From Lingula anatina (taxonomy: Eukaryota > Animalia > Brachiopoda), in assembly GCA_051362555.1 (NCBI GenBank), contig CM120645.1, positions 18,042,001 to 18,106,000 on the forward strand: a stretch of 64,000 nt of DNA. Direction: 5' to 3'. Below the pieces are notes generated by a model. It was not told the origin of the DNA, did no database searches, and worked only from the letters and a program-made list of their open reading frames with translations. Shown one piece after another: positions 10,596 to 20,467 of this stretch. Both the position numbers and the translations under genes were made by a program. How positions within the stretch are numbered: position 1 is the stretch's first letter; every line of letters starts with the position of its first letter.

Positions 10596-13404
10596 GTCCG
10601 GAACGGATCATTTTAAAAAAACAAATGGTATGAAAAGTAAAACCTTGTCATTTTTTTCATGAGCTACGGAGAGAAAAATGCCGAGATAATGATGTTAGTG
10701 GCCAGGTAAAATTAAAAACTACCCGTTTTGTTCGTTCTTTATAAAGGGCCGGAGCAATAAGTAGCCCGTCTTTGTATATTGACAGGAGCGTTAGTGAAAA
10801 CTTTTTTTCAAATAAACTACACAACTAAACGGTGACATTTGGTACGGTTTAGAACTATATTTTAACTAATGAAAATTCTAATTTCAAGAGGGGAATATAA
10901 ATGTGATTTTTTTATTAGAAATCGAAGAGGGGTGTCAGGACCCCTCTGACCCCCCCCCCCCCTTTAAATCCGCCACTGAAAAAAGGAGTGTAAAAAAATA
11001 ACTTCCTTTCCTTTTAAATAATGAACAGTGCTTATAAGATCAAATCCTTTTCAACCAAAATATTAGCAGTTTATATCTAAATTGAAAATCAAAAGATCTA
11101 GGCCGAAAAAGCTTGACCGTAGCGTTTGACTGGGATGCGCTTGATGTGCCCCGGTTCTCCTCCGATGTAATGTGTTAGTTGTGACAGATATGTTGATTGC
11201 GTTTTCACTGCGGGGGTCTTTTTTTTCATCAACAAACTTGTTCATTCGGATCGGAATACTATTTTCAAGCATTTCGCACTTTATGGAATATAGGGATATT
11301 AACATTATGGATCTAGGGATATTAAGTGGCAACTAGATCTAGCCTTACCTATGCAAAGATTCAGTGAAGATTTTTTGGGATGGGAAAGAGCGGCAATCAT
11401 GTAGTTTTGCAAGTTAACACAATCGAAAAGGAGTGCATTTTAGTTTAGTTGGTAAGTATACAGACTGTTTGCTTCGCTTCTGATAATTGCTCTAAGACTT
11501 CTGGTTTGCGATAACAAACAAATCTTATCTTTATTCGTGTCTTTTATTCTGTTTCTACAAAATCATCGATCTAATCAACACAAATCGGGGTTCAGTCATC
11601 CAAGTTTTCCTGAAGTCAAACTTTGTCGTCGGGGAGACATTCATTTGGGCTTGTTGTATACATGTCGACTTTCCCGGATAATCTCCTGAATACAGAACGG
11701 ATCTCCCCGTCACCCGTTCAAGTAACCAAATCTCCCGGATAAAAGCGACTTTGAAAATTAGCACCACTGTCAGCTAACGCCCTGTCGATTTATCTTCAGA
11801 ATAGTTGGTTGATGTTTTGAAAACTTCATAAATCTCTTCTAATTGTTTGAAAGAGTGCCCCCCCCCCCCCCATAAATCATAAATCTCTTCTAATTGCTAG
11901 AAAGAGTGCCCTCCCCCCCCCTCCCGCCCACCCACCCACCCACCCCCAGATTTCCAGAGGTGGGCATCTCTGTTTTTGGACACCTGACGGGATCAGGTAT
12001 ACAATATACATATGTAAGTGGAAAAGTAGGAAATCGCATGCCTAGAAAACTGTTTGTCTGTTTTGTTTCTAAGAATGTATTTCCATAGTAACAAATACCC
12101 ATCTGTTGGTGCATGATTGCATGTCAAATATGGCCTTTTGGGCTATTTTAAAATTTTTGAGTGAAATTTTAGTAATTTTGTAAAAATTGCTGCAATGTAA
12201 AACTTATAACACTGTTTTATCTCCCCATAGATATAATGTTGTTCTTAACTGCAAAAAGAAAAAAAAAGAAAAAAAAAAGGAAAAAAGCTTATAAAAAAAA
12301 AAGTAAAACAGAAAATCTGAAAATATAGCCAAAATGTCATGAGTGTAACGTACACTATTTAGCTGCAATTGATTCAAACTTTTTAAAAGTCACATTATTT
12401 AAAAACTGTTCATGGTATTTGTTCAACTTATTGCTTTTAGTTAAAATCTCCATGGGATCTAACCATCTAACACTTCCCCCCCCCCCCCCCCCCCCCTCCA
12501 ATGAATTTTCCTAGGGTAAATTTTCTCCTACTCATTTACTACTGCTACCCTGAGTGGTCAGGACACAGTAAAAGCTAGCTTGTTAAAAATCTTGTGATGG
12601 GATTGCTTTTACTGGCCCTGAGGAACAGCCACAGTGTATGATTTCTGTCAATCAAAAAGAACTGCTCCGCAGTGAATCTGCAGTTGAATGTTATTAAACC
12701 AAAATGAAACGTAAAACAAATTTAATTCTGCCTTATTTAATTTTATTTACTGTATTTAAGATGTTAAGTGAAAAATAAATAATATGTTTCTAAAAGAAAA
12801 AGATATATCCAAAGTTTTTGCATTTTTTGCTCATCAAAGAACATTTGCTCCTAAAGATATAAACACAATACACGTGCTTGCCCTTTGCCAAGTTTGACAG
12901 CTACACTGTATGCCCGATACCACTATAAGGGCTGCGCAATGGCTAGACCAAAATCCGTTTTTAAAGCAGAATGTTGCTTGTGTTGTGATACTGACCTTTG
13001 ACTGTAAGATATTCTTAGTTCAAACTTCAAACTCCACGTCAGCCATTTTGCTTCTTGTCTCGTCTGCACGAGATAACATCAGTGCAAGGCGGGAAAGGCA
13101 GCTCTAGGTGGTCAAACCTGTAGTGTACGAGACACTTATGACTTTCAACTATGGAGCTCAGGCAGATACAGCAGTGACATACGAGACTTGTGATTTCAAA
13201 ATATGGAAGTGCCAAGGCAAAATTTTGCCCAAGAACGCCTCCAGGTTGACGCTAGTGGCTAGATGTGCTAATATGGGTTAAATATGAAATCAGGTTCGAG
13301 CTGGCAGTACCGAAATCTAGAACCTAGGATAACTACTGCTTGACCTGTCCTACTTGGATTCAATGTTTATTCCATTTTCAGTTTACATTAAAATGACTAG
13401 TTTT

Positions 13405-13634
13405 CTTATTCAACTGATGAGCTTTTCACAGATTTTTATCATTGTTATGCATCACCTAACCAAATTTCAGAAATATTGGACTAGATTTTTTAAAATTATT
13501 AACGTTTAACTATTTTATACCATGGAATTTGGCGGTCTTTTCAGTGTTATTTTTTGTTTTCTCAAATTAATTGCCGGAAAAAAATCTTTTTCATTGGACC
13601 CAGTCAACTGATGAGCTTATCACAGATTTTTATT
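13405..13634 (+). repeat. Orphan 195-bp satellite monomer(s)
   Basis: TCAACTGATGAGCTTTTCACAGATTTTTAT...AAAATTATTAACGTTTAACTATTTTATACCATGGAATTTGGC matches the large-array monomer. Confidence 0.85.
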
Positions 13635-14890
13635 ATGTACAGACACAGATGTACATATAATAAGTGGAAAACCATTTTTTCCTTTGGCTTGAAACTTACA
13701 GAACTGATGAATATTTATAATATGCAGATCAAGTTTGAAAATCAGCATGATCAGGTCATTTTTAGGGAAGTTATCCTTTTTTTTTTTTTACTTCTTTCAG
13801 CATAAATGCAACACCGATAACACGATAAGTGAAAAAACTTTTTACTTTTTGGCTTGAAACTTACAGAACTGATGAATATTTATAATACACTAGTCAAGTT
13901 CTAAAAAATGGCATTATTGGGCCATTTTTATAAAAGTTATGGTGTTTTTCACTTTTTTTTAGCATATATGCAACATTGATAACACGATAAGTGGAAAACC
14001 GTTATTCCTTTTGGATTGAAACTTACAGAACTGATTAATATTCATAATACATAGGTCAAGTTTGAAAATCAGCTTGATTGGGCTTTTTTTTACAAAAGTT
14101 ATGCTGTTGTTTTTGCTTTATTCAGCATATATGCAACACTAATAATGCATTTTAAGGAAAACCAATCAGCCTTTTGTCTTGCAACTCACAGGAGTGATCA
14201 GTCTTACTAATATACAGATCAAGTTTGAAAATAAGCTTGATCAGTTACGTTTCGATGAAGTTATTAGCCTTTTTTATGTAAGTGGTTTTTCTTCAGATTT
14301 AATTCTTAGGCATGTTAACAGTCTCATTATGGAACTAATTAGATATGTAAAATGTTGTTTTGACATTTTTCTGCTTCTTAACAATATTGTTAGTTGATTA
14401 AAAACCAGTAAACCTGTTATCGTGCATTCTGTAATAAAGTATCAAAAATGGAAATGAACTCATATCATTGCAGTTCGTCAGATTCAATCTTTCACTAAGT
14501 TAAGAATATCAGAATGGAGCAAGTTGGACATCTAAAATTGTTCCATTGATATTTTTCCTTTGACAACATTTTTTAAAATTGATCATATAAAAATGACAGT
14601 AAATTGATTATTTTGTTTCATGTAGAAAAGATGTTGAAAATGGAAAACAACTCTTTTCTACGGTTATCTCTTGTTTACATTTGGGGATTTCCAAAGTGTG
14701 ACTCTGAACTCTATGGGCTAGTCACATTTTTTGAATATCCATGATACTATATTATTAAAAAATTGATGGTTATTATGCTGTTAAGCATTGTGTAATATTG
14801 CATCAAAATTGAACAAAACCTTATTTTGGGCACTGCCTCCATAGTGACCGTGAAAGGAAAACCATGTCACTTACTCTTCTCACACTTACA
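13635..14890 (+). mobile_element. HINE family B copy with ~4 x 160-bp internal repeats
   Basis: Starts ATGTACAGACACAGATGTACAT (collapsed form of the hairpin at 60953). AACACGATAAGTG recurs at 13820 and 13981. 14300-14890 is collinear with 61525-62135. Confidence 0.8.
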
Positions 14891-16060
14891 GGAAAGAAAC
14901 ATAGGACTGAAATACAGCTTGAGTTTGAAAATCTGTCTCAGTTAATTTTCTGAAAGTTATAGTTTCTTTGTGAAAATTTTTATCTTTCACATATTTGAAT
15001 TTTCAATGTGCAGCTTTCTTGGGCATGAAGCCCAGTGGTTATAAAATTTTCTTAATGTCCATGTTTTTAATAATAGATATTTAAAAATTGGTGGTATTTA
15101 TACAGTTAATCATTATGTAATGTTGCATCAAAATTGACAAAAAAATCTACTTTGTGCACTGCCACCTTTAACGTTATTTTCTATTTTTTCAAGTAGTCTT
15201 ACAAGAATGATTTACAGCTCATATTAAAAAACCAGCTCTATTGGATTTTTATTTTTATTTAATTAATGCATTTTATAGTGAAATTTTCATTTTTCTCATT
15301 CTGGCACTTTCTAAGTGTAAACTTGAACTCTGATGGGCCTGAAGCCTTATGCTTTTACTTTCATCGGTGTTACCTGTTGTGCATAATTAGTACCACCAGC
15401 GTGTACGCTGGCGGTACTCATGGTTTTAGTCCCGACAGCTCGTACAGCTCTGCCCGCTCATGCGGCTCCGCCGGCTCATGCGACTCCTCAGGATGGCGTG
15501 GGATACAAGTCACCTTTACCACTTCTTCTCCTAGACCGCAAGGACCTGTGTCCCCATCTCTTGGATTTAGGTCACATATAATTTCAGCTTGAACCCCCTG
15601 GTTTTTTGTCTCAGTTGTCGCATTGGCCTGGGCGTGACGCTTGTTGAAAAGCACCCTTGTCAAAATTTTTGAAAATTCAATGCTAAATTTCTCCCAAACC
15701 GAAGGAATTATGGGAAAAACTTCTACAGATGGCTGACCGAAAGTCATATGTGGAGATTTCAAATATGCCCTTGGATTTTACCTTTGACTTTTATTTCAAG
15801 GTCAAACGGGCCAAATTTTTCTAAAAATGGAAATTTTTTGCGAAAAAAATTTTTTTATTTCTGCCGATTTTCAGAAACTATGCAGATTTAACCAATAATA
15901 TTAGGGGCAGGTGGGTTATTAACCCATTGTAGCCCTCGTCATCAAAACAAACGGCAGCCATACTGGAGGGAGACCGGAATCGTCTGCTGCGCATGATCAT
16001 GTCTACATGTACAATTTAGTATTTTATTTCTGTGTTTTCTTTGATATTAAACCGAGTAAA

Positions 16061-16198
16061 ATGATGAATTACTACAGGGTATATGATAGAGAGAAGATAA
16101 CTAACTTAACAAGCATTCACAGACTGCCTGCAGTGGTAACAATCCAAGGTGTGGGGATGAAAATCGTAAACAGAGGAGAGACCGAGGAGTGGCTTTGA
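16061..16198 (+). pseudogene. Degenerate THAP-like N-terminus of a transposase
   Basis: MMNYYRVYDREK...HRLPAVVTIQG...EEWL resembles the M-x-N-x-C / (F/Y)RLP-x-V-x-x-x-QG / W-L pattern recalled for THAP domains of ISL2EU-type transposases. The cysteines are lost. Recognised by eye only. Confidence 0.45.
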
Positions 16199-18929
16199 AT
16201 CAAGACTCATCGGACAAGTAAAGGATAAAACTAATTTATTTTACAGCAAAGAATGAAGACCCAGCTGTGCAGCCTTTACCATAAAAGAAAAAAAACAGTA
16301 GAAAACCAAAGACCGAGGGGTATAAGTTATGAGCGCACGTACACTGCATGTTACTAGTGCCCAAAAAGTTTGGGTGTAGAGTGTGTTGTAAAAACGTGTG
16401 GAAATACCCAGGCAAGATTTCGACTTACATTTTAAAGACTCTCTTCATTGCCTTGGGTGTAATTTGTTATCAGTTACAGTGCTCTTCGGATTTTATCTGC
16501 TGTCATCTACCTCTTTAATACCTGGTTAGCATTATTGTCAATTAGTGTCAAGGCTACAGTACAATGTACATTTGTACATGTACACAGCTCAGCTGGGCCA
16601 ATTAAATCAATTACCTGTGTCATGTGTATTTGGAAGTTATAGTGGCTTGATTTTAGATTTGGTGTACGTAGTGTTAAGAGTAAATCTGTTTTGTAAGTAT
16701 ATATTCTAGCTCAGGTATCATTTAATTGAAATATAACTTAATGAAATGAATTTGAAAAATGTTAAATTCTGTGTTTTCCTACTGTATTTCAAGTCACAAT
16801 ATGAATATAAATAACTATTGTTACCTTTTTGGTTAATTTACATATAGGAAATTGATCTGGCATTTTCCCACCAAGCCACACTGAATGATTGGGTGCAAGT
16901 AAATCTTGATTATAAAAAAAAAAAAAAAAGGTGACAGGTACAAAAGGCAGCTAGATGGCACACAAGGTAGAAGCAGCGAAAGAATATTCTTATATCTTTG
17001 TGAGTTATTTAATTGGATTTGTTTGTTTATTTAATTGTTCATTTGTCGTTTTAAAGTTGTTATCCTGATAGCTAGCATACAACAAGGATAGGTATTCTAT
17101 TTATTTAGAATTGTGAGCAGAAGCACAAGAAGAAATGAAAACACTTTTTCTTTCTCATATTTTTAAAGGCTAAATGGAAAAGTTTGCAAGAAATATAATA
17201 CTTTGTATGCTGCACTTCTCACAGATGGTCTGATATGCAGAAACAGATGGCTGTCCTGTATCAAGAAAAGATTTAGCTCTTATAGGTTGCGCATTTTTAA
17301 AAATTTGACCACCAATTTTGTGAAATTCTCCTAAATGAAATTACAAACTGCTTAGTAACACCATCTAAGGACTTATATGTCAGTCATTCTTTGCTAGTGG
17401 TGCACTGCAGGGGGGCCATAACAAGAATGTTATTTAAATTTAGATAGCCAACCAAATTCTCATGACATCGTTGTGTATGTTTCAATAACAAATCAAAGAA
17501 GCTGCATGAGCAAGGAGGATGTTGTTATAAAAGCAAAAAAATAGAAAAAGCAGAAAATATATCGAAATAACCCTCAAAATGGCATCCTTTTTTGTGGAAT
17601 TTTGACCCTACCTCTATTTAAGAACAGTTTGTTTAGGGTTTGAATGGATTATTGAAGCAGGAAATACATCTACTGCAAGAAGATATAATAAACAGAATGT
17701 GCAAATTGTTATTTAAATAAAAATTTATTTGAAGTCACTGAAAAATGATCACAAAATTAGCTTAACTTACGATACATGCGGTGTCCCACCCCGATGAAAA
17801 TTTCATCTAATCCTATCTTTCCGTATTAAAACTGTTCAATCGTCCAAAGTAGTATGTCGGTTAGTTTGTGTCACGAAGTCCATGATAATATCAGTTTTCT
17901 TAAGAATTTCACATTTATTGCTCTGCAAGGTCGATTTTTCTTCACCGCGTCCCAATATAACGTTCGCAACGCTGAAACTTCAGAGATCGATTTTTATCAG
18001 ACGACTTTAAAATGCCGCGTGAAAATTATACATCGATAGCGATCTTCTTCCATACTCACTAACTGATGACGTCTTACACACGAATGGCTTCTTTTGCACA
18101 CTAAAAAAACCAGCTCAAGCAGGCGGGTGGCCCATTCTGATAACATGTCACGCAATGACGCTGTCGAGATAGGATGCAGGGCACAGGTGTAATTCCCTCG
18201 ATTTAACCGTCACAGGATTGTTTATTGGGATCTTCTTTGTATGAAGGTGAGAAATAATGAGTTTCGTTTCATTTTTCTTCAATTGTTTCAACATATTTGT
18301 GTACCGATTGATTTTTACCATTCTATAAGTAGGGTGACTTCGTCTGAACTTTCGTTTTGCGTCTGTTTCACATGGGGGACTAAAGGTCATATTGAACATG
18401 GTGACGCGGTGATACCGTATTCATGTTCTCTTGTTCTCGAAAACTCAATCATCGAAATTGAATTATTTTTTTCAGTTTTGTCTTAAATTAAGCTGCTACA
18501 CTGTATTCCGTGCGTTTAAAATTTAACCGTCTGTAAAAACAGCAATAGAGAGCTTTCGCAACTGCACGTTTAGGCGACCGACTACATTTAGCTATCCGTA
18601 ACCGTAAAGTGACCAACGTTTATTTTTTCGTGATTTCGCAGAAAGACCCGGTTAGCCTTTACGGATAGTCGAATTGTATAGTAGGCTGATACATGTTTCC
18701 CGTGCTGTAAGCAGAGACGTTAAATGAGGTCATACGCCATTGGACAGGTTAGGTAATTTTTGCTGCACGCGGGTGATGAACGAATAGGCATGATAAACAT
18801 CACAGGGGTAAACACACTTTAGACCACGGTGCAAGTGAAGAACAAAAGACTCGGACGTGGTGTAACTCGCATAACCGCACGTCTCGCATGAATGCGTTAT
18901 AACCTGTTTATGGACCGTGGTCAAAATAA

Positions 18930-19020
18930 GATAGACCCCTCGTCAGTGGGGGTTATGTGACATCCACTCGTGCTACGCACTCGTGTATGCCACATAACCC
19001 TCGCTGACTCGGGGTCTATC
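18930..19020. repeat. 91-bp imperfect palindrome (mini fold-back) 27 bp upstream of the transposase ATG
   Basis: GATAGACCCC-TC-GTCAG-TG-GGGGTTATGTG...CACATAACCC-TCG-CTGAC-TC-GGGGTCTATC, with a CACTCGTG-CTACG-CACTCGTG centre. Confidence 0.8.
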
Positions 19021-19047
19021 TATTACTAAAACTACACACGCTTCAGC

Positions 19048-20100
19048 ATGGACCTCCTGCAAATGGCAGTTCAAGGCGATGATGAGGAGTTGATATACGC
19101 TCTCCTTCGCGATAGACCTCAGAAAAGGCTGATAACCTATGACCCTGAATGGCCAAGTTTTAATTTGGGTACCCTTACTAACGATCAGTGTTTGAACGAC
19201 TTTCGCTTTGAAAAGGAAGATGTATATCGCTTGGTAACGTTATTAGGACTTCCTGATATGATAACTGTAAGTAACAGATGCAGGTGCAGCGGACTTGATG
19301 CCTAATGTATGGTTTTAAAGAGATTTTCGCACCCAAATCGACTGAGTGATTTGGAAAGATTTTTTGGTCGACCTGCATCGACCTTATCCGTGATCATCAA
19401 TCACACTGTTGGTCTACTCTATGACAGTCATCATCATCGTTTGGATACACTGGATAATCCGTGGTTGGGTCCTGCACAACTTCAAATTTATGCTGATAAA
19501 ATACATGAGAAGGGTGCGCCGCTGCAGAACTGCATAGGTTTTGTGGATGGCACGGTTCGTCCTATAAGCAGGCCAACACGCAATCAACGTGTATGTTACA
19601 ATGGACACAAGCGCATTCACGCATTGAAATTTCAATCAGTGGTGATACCTAGCGGGTTGATTGCGCATATTTATGGTCCTCTAGAAGGGCGAAGGCATGA
19701 TTGTGCACTGCTTCGTTTGAGTGGACTGATGGAACAAATGGAAGCTAGAGAGCTTACTGATAGGAATGGTCTACCATACGCAATTTGTGGAGATCCGGCT
19801 TAACCCATTAGAAGGTATCTGTTGAGTCCCTTCAGAGGAGCAAATTTGAGTGCCGAAGAAGAAGAATTCAATAGGAGAATGTCATCTGTCCGGGAATGCG
19901 TCGAGTAGGAGTTCGGAAACTTATTGCGAAACTTTGCCTTCCTGGGCTTTCGAAAGAATTTAAAAGTTCTGTTGTCTCCTGTAGCTAAGTACTACTTGGT
20001 AGGTGGTCTTCTGGTTAACTGCCATACCTGTGTGTATGGCAATCAGACCAGTCGGCACTTTCAACTAGATCCTCCCACCTTGGAGAACTATTTAGCATGA
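19048..20100 (+). pseudogene. Harbinger/HARBI1-like DDE transposase pseudogene (350 codons, 3 in-frame stops, no frameshift)
   Basis: Single frame: FRFEKED, GFVDGT, YNGHKRIHALKFQSV, GRRHD, GDPA*P, FNRRMSSVRECVE*EFG, NCHTCVYGNQTS...PPTLENYL. Stops at 19303, 19801 and 19906. Confidence 0.9.
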
Positions 20101-20249
20101 ACTGTACACGTGTAAATTGTGCGTATGAAAAATTAAAGAGTAAAATCTAAAATTCATACAGAAAGCAAACTTTATTGAAATGAAATCTTGAAGAAAAACA
20201 AAGATTTAACAAAGACCCATCCCATGTGTATGTTGTAGGCAGCAAGAGC

Positions 20250-20467
20250 CTAGTATGTCAATTCAGTTTTTCTTTTTAACCAAAGACATATATATAAAAC
20301 CATCTCCATCATGTGTTTGTCTTTTCCAATTTTATTTTCTCGCTCTTTGTTTTCTAATTCAAAGCGTTCTTTCTCGAAGGCCAACTTGTCTTTCAGGTAA
20401 CTGACGTAATCTGCTGATGAATCAGTTCGGCGCTTCTTAGTTGGCGGCATGTTGTCGCAATTTTAAG
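20250..20467 (-). pseudogene. Remnant of the convergent accessory gene of the Harbinger-type element (NLS-like + coiled-coil C-terminal exon)
   Basis: PPTKKRR...YLKDKLAFEKERFELENKERE, preceded by a TTTTTTTAG acceptor-like site at 20468. The orientation fits the second gene of PIF/Harbinger elements. No Myb/SANT exon could be found. Confidence 0.5.

Larger units (their letters stand above)
8790..11565. repeat. Long diverged inverted repeat (arms ~8790-9445 and ~10980-11565)
   Basis: Collinear reverse-complement blocks: CAGAAGTCTTAGAGCA/TGCTCTAAGACTTCTG, TCTTCACTGAATCTTTGC/GCAAAGATTCAGTGAAGA, CCCCGCAGTGAAAACGCAATCAACATATCTGTCACAACTAACAC and its complement, TTTACACTCC/GGAGTGTAAA. Confidence 0.85.

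Noticed and set aside
11770-13400. Possible further DNA-transposon remnants
   Set aside because: Only isolated end-like motifs and a ~50-bp local duplication were seen. No paired TIRs or TSD could be established.
15266-15762. 108-aa and 114-aa overlapping ORFs
   Set aside because: They lie in the non-coding GC-richer core of HINE-A, and no matching ORF is listed for the sibling copy at 6840-7424.
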